From Pristiophorus japonicus (Eukaryota), in assembly GCF_044704955.1 (NCBI RefSeq), contig NC_091997.1, positions 62,372,001 through 62,436,000 of the forward strand: a stretch of 64,000 nt of DNA, read 5' to 3'. The notes below the pieces were generated by a model that was given only the letters and a program-made list of their open reading frames with translations, did not search any database and was not told the origin of the DNA. The position numbers and the translations under genes were made by a program. Within the stretch, counting starts at the first letter, position 1; every line of letters starts with the position of its first letter. Below, piece by piece: positions 40,582-50,504 of the stretch.

Positions 40582-40868
40582 CTAAGATTATTAAGAATTC
40601 AGTAATTAAAAATTACAACTTAAATATACCTATTTATTGCTGGGAGTGGGGGGGTGGGGAGGGGGGCTGGAGGCTGACGCAGGCTTTAAAAAGTGAATGG
40701 ATCTCCTGTGGATTTGCTGTTTGGCGACGGGATTGTTTGATCGTGTAGTTCCGAATCTTTATAAAACGAAACAGTACAAAGTTAAATAAGTAAACCTTCT
40801 GGAGTTAAAGCTGATCTCATAGATCTGGACGTTGTATCAGAGAGGCTCTTCCCATCAATGGGTCTTAC

Positions 40869-41009
40869 CTCACCCACAGAGTTCGACAGCGCCTGAACGA
40901 TCTTTTCATGGGCAGTTGCCACGACACTCTGCCCGTTGATCTCGATGATACGGTGACCCACTCGGACTCCACCACGCTCCGCAATCCCACCTCGCATCAG
41001 GCTGCAGAT
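40869..41009 (-). CDS. APBA2: APBA2 exon, PDZ2 ([14 protein letters not shown]...LSNSVGE)
   Basis: 141 bp, AG/GT boundaries, phase 0, Mint PDZ2 sequence. Confidence 0.97.
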
Positions 41010-41632
41010 CTGGAATAACAAACAGCCGTCACTGCCAATCCCTGGCTGTCCTCACACCTCCATCAAACGCCGCACAGACAGGACACATTAGAAACACTCA
41101 GACCGACGCTCCCCAGTTGCCTTGTGTTGAGGGAGATTGGCACGGCACTGAATCATTGATCACCATCTCAGCTCCAGATGTGATTATTGCAGACGGAATT
41201 CTCTCAGTATCCCAGCACCAGAAGTTTAACGCAATTAAATAATAGGAATAATAGCAAATTTGGAATTTAACCAGACAGATCCCGCTGTCAGTGAGCAGTG
41301 GCCACATCTGTCTTCTCCACAATTCCTACAGATCCCGGCTGCTCTTTTGTGTCACTTTCAGTATAATGAAATAGTTTAATGGAACTGAAAATGGGATTCT
41401 ACACAGCAAATAGAGCCTGTGACTCGTACATCCCACTCTGAATGCCAACTCAAACTGCTGCAACTGAACAGAAAAAGCAATTACAGGATGGCAGGCTCAA
41501 TGGGATTTTTTGTGGCAGATTCACAGATACTGTGAACCACACATTCCTCTCACGATGCTTGTCTGCTCTGCAATTTGCCCCAGTAGTCACCCAGGTCATC
41601 AGTACAATTTTAACAGAGCAGTGTGAAAGCTA

Positions 41633-41925
41633 GGGTAGCAGAGAAAAGCTCCCTCTACACTGTCCCATCAAACACTCCCAGGGCAGGTACAGCACGGGGT
41701 TAGATACAGAGTAAAGCTCCCTCTACACTGTCCCATCAAACACTCCCAGGGCTGGTACAGCACGGGTTAGATACAGAGTAAAGCTCCCTCTACACTGTCC
41801 CATCAAACACTCCCAGGGCTGGTACAGCACGGATTAGATACAGAGTAAAGCTCCCTCTACACTGTCCCATCAAACACTCCCAGGGCTGGTACAGCACGGG
41901 TTAGATACAGAGTAAAGCTCCCTCC
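41633..41925. repeat. Minisatellite, 67-bp unit (gggttagatacagagtaaagctccctctacactgtcccatcaaacactcccagggctggtacagcac)
   Basis: About 4 copies; same unit as 63162-64000. Confidence 0.96.
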
Positions 41926-42570
41926 ACATCAGAACTCAAGCAGTACACACAATGCTGCATATTTTGGATGCTGCTCTGTTTTTAGAGGGACTGCTCACAC
42001 CAACGGAGTTTGTACTTTTAAAATGTGTCTCAGGATCAAGTAAACCTGGAGCAATATTGAGCTTGAACAGGCAGCAGGAAGAGAGAGCAGAGGGGCAGAG
42101 ACGGGAACAAAGAGGCGTCTGGGGCCAGGACATTGGGACTCATTTAGGAAACAGCTGGATGCTGTGATAAGGAGGCAGTCGGGTTGTTATTGTGAAGCGA
42201 TGAGATGAAATGGGCTAACAGACATGAGCTTGCTGTTTTAGAATGTTGTACTCCTGCAATATTCTTTACGTCAGTTATCTGTTTGCACTCCATTGGGACC
42301 ACTGACTAGATAATTTCACTGAATGCCTGCAAGTTTCAGTTTAAACTTCAAAGAACAGAGGTGAAAGGTTGACTATGTAATAGGTCAAAGTGCAATGCGA
42401 TAAACACCCAGCCGAGCAGACTGGTTAGTGTTTGGTCGCAGGTTGTTTATCTGTCGCTGGGTTTTATAGATCGTTTTTCTCCTTTCAAACATTAAATTCA
42501 TTGGTTGGAATCCAATGCATGGAATCTGATATTGTAAACCCAGTCCGCCCATACACCTGCTGTAGCCTCT

Positions 42571-42589
42571 CACTGCCACCTGCTGGTCA
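42571..42589 (-). promoter_or_regulatory. Candidate CTCF motif TGACCAGCAGGTGGCAGTG
   Basis: Close match to the CTCF core consensus CC(A)SYAGRKGGCRS; motif only, binding unproven. Confidence 0.5.
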
Positions 42590-42629
42590 TTCTGTACAAT
42601 ACACTCAGCCAAAATAACCTCACCACAAA

Positions 42630-42972
42630 TACAGCACAGAAACAGGCCATTTCAGCCACCAGCCCATGCTGCTGCTCCACTCAAGCCTTCTCCCATTCTT
42701 CCTCATCTAACTCAATCACATTACCATCTATTCCCTTCTCCCTCGTGTGTGTATCTAGTTTCCCCTTAAATGCATCTATGCCATTGGCCTTAACCACCCC
42801 ACCTGTGGCAGCGAATTCCACGTGCTCACCACTCTCTGGGTAAATATCCCCATTTGATTTCTTGGTATTGAGACCAATTCTGGGCCCAGAAGGATGTCAG
42901 AGGCTTGGAGAGGGTGGAGAGATTTACTGGAATGGTCCCAGAGATGAGGAACTTCAGTTAAATGGAGAGACT
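42630..42972 (-). mobile_element. Old CR1 3' fragment (-) joined to a short CR1 piece in + orientation (~42871-42972)
   Basis: Similar to the reverse of 25885-26140; + piece aaggatgtc..ttggagagggt..atggtcccagagatgagg. Confidence 0.7.
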
Positions 42973-43316
42973 ATTACAGAGAGATATTAGTGCATGCGTG
43001 ACTTTCCTTGCACAGCATTTTAATGGACAGCATCCACATTTAAATAAGTGAACAATATCTCCATGAAAGTACCGGCTAAGTGACTAACAAACGAGAAACT
43101 AGCCAACAATTCTCGTACACCAATACCGGATATTAATACACGCACTGTCCCTGCAGGGCTGCTCACAACAGCTTATGAAGAGCCAGGGAGATCACATGAT
43201 GGTGCAGGTAGAGAGAGAAATTTTATTTCCTTAAAGATAGATGAACAGAGCCCTGTGAAGGAATGCATCATCAGCCTCCGCGAACAAGAAGAATCTGCAG
43301 CAGTGATGTCTGGAGC

Positions 43317-43334
43317 TGCCAGCAGAGGGCGGTG
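43317..43334 (+). promoter_or_regulatory. Candidate CTCF motif TGCCAGCAGAGGGCGGTG
   Basis: Close match to the CTCF core; motif only. Confidence 0.5.
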
Positions 43335-43537
43335 CCGCCCCGTGAGTCAAGGCTCCTCTCACTCAGTCTGAGGTGCTAATTGGCAGAGTACAGAGAAGGT
43401 TACGCAGGCCCCATTAACCCAGGTAAGAGTCTGGGACAATTCAATCACTCACATCTCGAGATTCGATAGAACAGCGAGAGTGCAAATCTGTTAACAGCAT
43501 GAAATGAGAACCGCAGGAGTTCAAAACATTTAAACAA

Positions 43538-43952
43538 GTGTTAGCCGTGGCTCAATTCTTGGCGCACTCGCCTCAGAGTAAAAAGGTCGTGAGTTCAAGT
43601 CCCACGCTAGAGATTTGAGCACAATCCAGGCTGACACTCCCAGTGCAGTACTGAGGGAGCGCCGCACTGTCGGAGGGGCAGTACTGAGGGAGTGCCGCAC
43701 TGTCGGAGGGGCAGTATTGAGAGAGGAGCCGCACTGTCGGAGGGGCAGTACTGAGGGAGCGCCGCACTGTCGGAGGGGCAGTACTGAGGGAGCGCCGCAC
43801 TGTCGGAGGGGCAGTACTGAGGGAGCGCCGCACTGTCGGAGGGGCAGTACTGAGGGAGCACCGCACTGTCGGAAGGGCAGTACTGAGGGAGCGCCGCACT
43901 GTCGGAGGGGCAGTACTGAGGGAGCGCCGCATTGTCGGAGGGGTGGTACTGA
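43538..43952 (+). mobile_element. Deu-domain SINE 5' half ending in a ~33-bp tandem array
   Basis: Head gtgttagccgtggctcaa...gagttcaagtcccac...ggctgacactcccagtgcagtactgagg, then about 9 units. Confidence 0.9.
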
Positions 43953-44012
43953 GTGAGTGTTTATATTGGCGGCCCAGTATTTACAGATCATGGCCGGGCT
44001 CCCTGTACTCAC

Positions 44013-44132
44013 AATGCCGTTCTGTACACTGAAGCCCAGCTGGTACTTGAGGTCGGGCCGTTTGATGAGCACGGTGGTGACAGGCGGGCAGCTCACAATG
44101 TTCAGCTTAACCTGAACCTGATTCTTCAAACC
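44013..44132 (-). CDS. APBA2: APBA2 exon, PDZ1-PDZ2 junction ([20 protein letters not shown]...FSVQNGI)
   Basis: 120 bp, cag acceptor, gtgagt donor. Confidence 0.97.
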
Positions 44133-44686
44133 CTGGAAAACAAGAAACATTGTTAAATCACCAGGAGTGGAGGGTCTGAAACATCGACCTCAGGGACTCC
44201 CAGGATCAATCCCAAATCTCATCTGGGGCTAAACTACAAGGGTTAGAGGTCATCTCGTCCCTGGGCTGAGCAACTGATCACTGTGGGTGTGAGGGAGTCT
44301 CTGGGTTTGTATGTTTGTGCACACGAGACTGAGCGAGCGACAGAGCGAGCGCGAGTGACTGTGAGTGTGAGTGAGTGAGTGAGTGACTGAGAGTGATGTG
44401 TGAACACGTGAGTAATGGGCATGGGTGAGCTTCTCAATGGGCCCCAACAGACAGCACCCTCAGAACAGGTGGACGGTCACTTGAGGGAGGGAAGGGAGTT
44501 CAGGACAGCTTGACCGTCTCAGACCACGGTTGGGGGGGGGGGGTGTCAATCAGGGACACGTGACTCACGATCAAATTGCACCAATTATCCTGCCTCCTCT
44601 CCACTGACCGGATTTAAGCCGAGCACTCGGAGCACAGGGTACAGTATAACTATCATCCCTTGTACACGTCAGGCAGTAGGTGGTAC

Positions 44687-44899
44687 CTTAATTATTCCTT
44701 GGCAGGTGGCGAGTGGAAGGCCGACCAAGCTGGTGCCGTTGATGGACATGATCTGGTCTCCGATACTCAGCTTCCCCGAGCGAGCGGCCGGGCCGCCATT
44801 CATCATGTTTGCCAGGATAACGGTGGGGAGGATTGACCCCCACCCCGACTCCACAATCACAACCCCGAAGATCTCCCCCTTCAGCTTCTCCACGTGTAG
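44687..44899 (-). CDS. APBA2: APBA2 exon, PDZ1 ([33 protein letters not shown]...CQGIIK)
   Basis: 213 bp, AG/GT boundaries, Mint PDZ1 signature [11 protein letters not shown]. Confidence 0.97.
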
Positions 44900-45027
44900 C
44901 TGTGGAAACAGTGAGGGAAGGGAAGCCCAACAGGTACTGGGTATCAGTCATTCACAACCTCATTATAGTTAACAGCTACTCAGTGTCTTCATCCTCTTTA
45001 ACAACAACCTCGAGGCAAATGGGAGAA

Positions 45028-45275
45028 GGCGCAGGGTCAGGGGTCGGGTGCAGGGTCAGGGGGCGGGCGCGGGGTCGGTCGGGGGGCGGGCGCAGGGTCG
45101 GTGCAGGTCGGAGGTCGGCGCAGGGTGGGTGCAGGGTCGGGGGTCGGCGCAGGTCGGAGGTCGGCGCAGGGTCGGGGGGCGGCGCAGGGTCGGGTGCAGG
45201 GTCAGGGGGCGGGGTTGGTCGGGGGGCGGGCGCAGGTCGGAGGTCGGCGCAGGGTCGGAGGTCGGCGCAGGGTGT
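45028..45275. repeat. G-rich low-complexity repeat (ggcgcagggtc)
   Basis: Degenerate tandem units. Confidence 0.8.
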
Positions 45276-45414
45276 GGCTATTTTAAACGGCTGGCCGAGT
45301 TATGGAGTGATTTGAAACTAAGGACAAAGTGTGTCAGGGTTGTGTGTCGGAGTGAGCAGCTCGGGGCCGCGAGGACACCGCAGGAATGGGAGGCGGCTTG
45401 GATTTTGTCGATGT

Positions 45415-45560
45415 CGAGCTGAAGGAGGTTTTGAAATCAAGGCAGTCAGAATCTGAGACGGGGCGGGGGAGACGCTGACTCTGTGAATACAGACAATGTC
45501 ACCAAGGGGTAACATGTCGACAGTACATGGTAGCAGCCTGAGGATTTGGCCCGAGGCTGG
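45415..45560 (-). mobile_element. Highly decayed L2 RT fragment
   Basis: MLPLGDIV motif, as at 12730-12755. Confidence 0.55.
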
Positions 45561-46239
45561 AGAGATGGACGGGGTGAGGGGGGAGGTGGGGAGCTGAGGG
45601 GGAGAGGGATTCCTCCAGTACTCAACTCAACACTGCTCCAATACCTACTTTACTCTCTTTATTGGGACTAACCAGAAGCCACCCCTGCTGGTGGGCTGGT
45701 GGTGAACACACTGGGAGGGATAGGAGCAGGACGGTGAGTGTGTGTGGCTGTGCTGACTGGACGATGGGGATTAACTGAGGGTCAAAGTGGCTAAAAAGGT
45801 CATGGAAGGTGAGGAGAGCCTCAAAGCACCCTGGAGTGAAAGGGCGGGTTCAAGGGCAGCAAGAAAAGAGAGGGTTCAGGGTGGGTTTGAAAGGAGGGGA
45901 GGGGGGCCGACAGTGGAGACCATCGCAAGGCGAGAGAGAAATATTGATGTCAGTGAGCATGGGCCAAGGGATGGGCTGTGACTCAGAGCAGGGCCCAAAG
46001 GGGCCATTTCACTCGGAACAGGCCCCAGAAAGGTTGGTACCACACTGGGGTCAGGGCAGCTCCTCTGGGACTCTGCTAACACACACTGTCGAGTGGAGGA
46101 AGTTTGACCCTAATGGGGGTCGTGTAATGGGGGGGAGGGAGGGGGGCGCGTGTGATTGGGACGGCGCACAATGGGGTGGGGGTGGGGGGGGGGCGTGCAA
46201 TGGGGGCAGACGTGCTCCACGCGGGACAGGCCAACACAC

Positions 46240-46419
46240 CTCCTTGCAGTTGGCGGAGTTAGAGAAGTGGATGAGGTCATCGTTGTACATCTCCTGCGTG
46301 TTGATGATGTCACTGTACTCCTTTTGGCTGAGGTCCTCGGGGTTAATCCCATTGGCTCGCAGGAACTCTTGGTAGGCCACACTAAACGCCTGTCCAATGG
46401 ACTGAGCTATCAGTTGTGC
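46240..46419 (-). CDS. APBA2: APBA2 exon, PTB C-terminal helix and linker ([24 protein letters not shown]...NCKE)
   Basis: 180 bp, AG/GT boundaries, phase 0. Confidence 0.97.
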
Positions 46420-47028
46420 CTGCAAAGATACAAGACATGTCACTAAACACAACATTTCCACAATAATGTCGCAGTTCACAGCCTGAGAGCGGATGTGGTA
46501 CATTCCTGAGGCCCACAGACTGGATCAATCCCTCGCCCTCATTCACTCAGCCACTCACTCAACAATCAGTGGCCCTAAATGTAATCAAATATTTAATAAT
46601 AGCCAGCAGTGTGGAGGTCCCCGGGATTTACACGTGCGCTGTGGAATTGACCCACTGTACAAGGACCAGGCTGTCTCCCAGAGAGCTGATCGGCTGCAGC
46701 AGCTGCACGCAGTGTTCCACATGGCCCGTTCTGGATTTGCAGAATCAACCAGAATTCCACATCCCATCACTGACCGTGAGTGTGGGCGCAAGGCCAGGTG
46801 ACCGGCACCGACCGTGACCTGCACCAACCGTGACCGGCACCGACCGTGAGCGACACCGGCACTAACCGTGAGCGACACCGGCACTGACCGTGAGCGGCAC
46901 TGACCATCAGCGTGAGGCCAGATACACCACGATGGAATGCCTTGCTGACATGCCACATTCTCATTGCCTGTGGGGCTGTAACCGAGCAGGAGGCAGAGGG
47001 AAATGGGAACAGCTCTCCTCATACTCAC

Positions 47029-47214
47029 ATCCTCAGACTCGAAGACGTGGCACACCATCTTGTACTGCTTCTTGCCCTCCTGCGTCCCGGGTGTGGTCTC
47101 GATACAATCCTGGGAGGCAGCCCGAGGCACGCGCCGCCGAGCCATCAGAACAACAATATTCCCGATATCAGCAATGTAGGAGATTGTGCGCAGGGCATGG
47201 TCCATCATCGGCTC
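47029..47214 (-). CDS. APBA2: APBA2 exon, PTB ([18 protein letters not shown]...CHVFESED)
   Basis: 186 bp; segment [19 protein letters not shown] favours APBA2 over APBA1/3. Confidence 0.97.
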
Positions 47215-47481
47215 CTGGAACAAGACATACACTGGGATTAGTAGCTGCTGACAGTTCCCACACACCACAGCCCTTAACCAATGGGCTTAGAGAAATATCA
47301 GAGCCTCTTATAACAGCATAAGAAATAGGAGCAGGAGTCGGCCATTATCCTGAGACTTTGCCCCCTGGTTCTAGGCTCTCCGTTACCCTGGACCCGCAGC
47401 TCCCTCTGCCCGAGGAGCACAGGTCAGTCCAGGAACTGATGGTCATTTCTTCTACTATTCTGTAGGTTGACAGTAAACAAT

Positions 47482-48295
47482 GTGTCAGCCTGGCTCAGTC
47501 AGGAGCACTCTCACCTGAGACTGGAGCACGAAATCCAGGCTGACAACTCAGTGCAGCACTGAGGGAGCGCCGCACTGTCGGAGGGGCAGTACTGAGGGAG
47601 AGCCGCACTGTCGGAGGGGCAGTACTGAGGGAGAGCCGCACTGTCGGAGGGGCAGCACTGAGGGAGCGCCGCACTGTCGGAGGGGCAGTACTGAGGGAGA
47701 GCCGCACTGTCGGAGGGGCAGTACTGAGGGAGAGCCGCACTGTCGGAGGGGCAGCACTGAGGGAGCGCCGCACTGTCGGAGGGGCAGTACTGAGGGAGAG
47801 CCGCACTGTCGGAGGGGCAGTACTGAGGGAGAGCCGCACTGTCGGAGGGGCAGTACTGAGGGAGCGCCGCACTGTCGGAGGGGCAGTACTGAGGGAGAGC
47901 CGCACTGTCGGAGGGGCAGTACTGAGGGCGAGCCGCACTGTCGGAGGGGCAGCACTGAGGGAGTGCCGCACTGTCGGAGGGGCAGGACTGAGGGAGTGCC
48001 GCACTGTCGAAGGGGCAGCACTGAGGGAGTGCCGCACTGTCGGAGGGGCAGTACTGAGGGAGAGCCGCACTGTCGGAGGGGCAGCACTGAGGGAGTGCCG
48101 CACTGTCGGAGGGGCAGCACTGAGGGAGAGCCGCACTGTCGGAGGGGCAGCAGAGGGAGTGCCGCACTGTCGGAGGGGCAGCACTGAGGGAGCGCCGCAC
48201 TGTCCGAGGGGCAGTACTGAGGGAGAGCCGCACTGTCGGAGGGGCAGTACTGAGGGAGAGCCGCACTGTCGGAGGGGAAGAACTGAGGGAACGCC
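47482..48295 (+). mobile_element. Deu-domain SINE 5' part with ~33-bp tandem array (47550-48290)
   Basis: gtgtcagcctggctcagt...aatccaggctgaca head, then more than 20 units. Confidence 0.9.
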
Positions 48296-48309
48296 ATACT
48301 GCGAGTTAC

Positions 48310-48396
48310 CTGCGAGTCTGCGTTTAGAACTTTAATCCTCTGTGTGGAGATGAAGAGATCGACTTCCGTCATTGGCTGAGAATCTCCCTCCGAGCC
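48310..48396 (-). CDS. APBA2: APBA2 exon, PTB ([29 protein letters not shown])
   Basis: 87 bp, cag acceptor, gtaact donor. Confidence 0.96.
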
Positions 48397-48635
48397 CTGT
48401 AAGAGAAGAGAAAAGTTCACAAGTTGATTGCTTCAGCCCGTGCTGAATCCAGACCTGGGCTGATAATGATTCAGCCGCCCGTTATACATCTCTCCGGATT
48501 TTAGTGTCCATTGAAGTCAATGTACAATGCAACACGTAATTAAACTGAGCTGCTCCCGTGTCCCGTTAAAACAATACACACGGATCGCAGGAAGGATTGC
48601 GACACAGGGACAGACACTGCAGGCTGGCTACTCAC

Positions 48636-48671
48636 CCCTTTCTTCTTGGTTTTTGTTGTTTTCTGCAACCT
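48636..48671 (-). CDS. APBA2: APBA2 36-nt small exon (RLQKTTKTKKKG)
   Basis: T-rich tract + cag acceptor, gtgagt donor, phase 0 on both sides; corresponds in position to the recalled human RMQKAAKIKKKA insert in the PTB domain. Confidence 0.88.
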
Positions 48672-48764
48672 CTGAACGTCAAAAAAATATTAAAAAGACA
48701 AAGTTAGATATTGAGAGATGGTGCACCAAATACTGACATAGTGTGTACCTGGTTACAGTGTGTG

Positions 48765-50090
48765 GGGGGGGGGGGGTAGAGGGAGGGAGCGGGGGAGAGA
48801 GGGAAGGAGGGAGCGGGGGACAGAGGGAAGGAGGGAACGGGGGAGAGAGGGAAGGAGGGAACGGGGGAGAGAGGGAAGGAGGGAGCGGGGGAGAGAGGGA
48901 AGGAGGGAGCGGGGGAGAGAGGGAAGGAGGGAGCGGGGGAGAGAGGGAAGGAGGGAACGGGGGAGAGAAGGAAGGAGGGAACGGGGGAGAGAAGGAAGGA
49001 GGGAACGGGGGAGAGAAGGAAGGAGGGAACGGGGGAGAGAAGGAAGGAGGGAACGGGGGCGAGAAGGAAGAAGGGAACGGGGGCGAGAAGGAAGGAGGGA
49101 AAGGGGGAGAGATGGAAGGAAGGAGCAGGGGAGAGAGGGATGGAGGGAACGGGGGAGAGAGGGAGCGGGGCGGGGGGGGAGAGAGGGAGCGGGGCGGGGG
49201 GGGGGAGAGGGAGCGGGGCGGGGGGGGGGAGAGGGAGCGGGGCGGGGGGGGGGGGAGAGGGAGCGGGGCGGGGGGGGGGAAGAGGGAGCGGGGGGGGGGG
49301 AGGGAGAGGGAGCGGGGGGGGGGGGGGGGGAGAGAGAAAAGCAGGGGAGAGAGGGAAGGAGGGCGTGGGAGAGAGGGAAGGAGGGAGCGGGGGGGGAAGA
49401 GAGGGAAGGAGGGAGCGGAGAGGGAAGGAGGGAGCGGGGGGGGAAGAGAGGGAAGGAGGGAGCGGGGGGGGAAGAGAGGGAAGGAGGGAGCGGGGAGGGA
49501 AGGAGGGAGCGGAGAGAGGGAAGGAGGGAGCGGGGGGAGGGAGGGAACGGGGGGGTGGGAGGGAGCGGGGGCGAGGGAGGGGGGGAGGGAGGGAGCAGAG
49601 GAGGGGGAATGGGGAGAATGGGGGGGAGGGAGGGTGGAAGGGGGGAGGGGGAAGGGGGGAGGGGAGGGGGGAAGCGGGGGAGGGGAGGGTGGAAGGGGGG
49701 AGGGGAGGGTGGAAGGGGGGAGGGGAGGGTGGAAGGGGGGAGGGGAGGGTGGAAGGGGGGAGGGGAGGGTGGAAGGGGGGGAGTGAGGGAGGGGGGGGGA
49801 GGGGAGGGTGGAAGGGGGGAGGGGAGGGTGGAAGGGGGGAGGGAGGGGGGGGGAGGGGAGGGTGGAAGGGGGGAGGGAGGGGGGGGGGAGGGGAGGGTGG
49901 AAGGGGAGGGTGGAAGGGGGGAGGGAGGGGGGGGGGAGGGGAGGGTGGAAGGGGGGAGGGAGGGGGGGGAGGGGAGGGTGGAAGGGGGGAGGGAGGGTGG
50001 AAGGGGGGAGGGGAGGGGGGAAGGGGGGAGGGGAGGGGGGAAGCGGGGGAGGGGAGGGTGGAAGGGGGGTTGGATGGAGCGGGAGAGGGA
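48765..50090. repeat. 1.3-kb polypurine/G-rich compound repeat (24-bp and 20-bp units)
   Basis: Almost entirely G/A on +. Confidence 0.95.
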
Positions 50091-50306
50091 TTTACAACAG
50101 CCCAGAGTGCTCGGAAATCTCACACTCAGGTCTCCAGCCACTGCTGCTGTCTGCACTGTGGTTGTGTGTGGATCTCGGGTTAGGACAGGATCAGGATTAG
50201 TGGTGAGGCCCTCCAAGGTCAAATATCCTACTCTCAGTGTTCACACATCAGGAATGGCCACTTTAACAACAGCGCCTGTGGAAGCAGCACCTGTGAGGGC
50301 AGAGAT

Positions 50307-50504
50307 TGTCATGTAGGTATGCTTGGGGTTACTAGCCACCAGGTGGCGCGACTGACGGAGGTCATTGGTCTGCACGCACGTGTGTACAGCCCAGGTATAA
50401 AAGGCAATATAATGTAATCGCTTTGGGCCCTAATAAAGCAGGGCCAGGTTTGTGCCTGTGTTAGTTTACAGTATTCAGTCTATCCAGTTATTACATACAT
50501 AACA
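50307..50504 (+). repeat. Gypsy 5' LTR
   Basis: tgtcatgt...acataaca termini, TATAAAA and AATAAA inside. Confidence 0.95.

Noticed and set aside
39766-40748. ORFs containing X runs
   Set aside because: Artefacts of translating N gaps
47548-48420. APBA2 exon reading in frame into the SINE array (also 43530-44150), suggesting repeat-tailed isoforms
   Set aside because: Good donor sites exist and stop-free arrays produce such ORFs by default; no support without RNA data
48743-50316. Gly/Glu/Arg- and Pro-rich ORFs up to 518 aa
   Set aside because: Low-complexity polypurine tract
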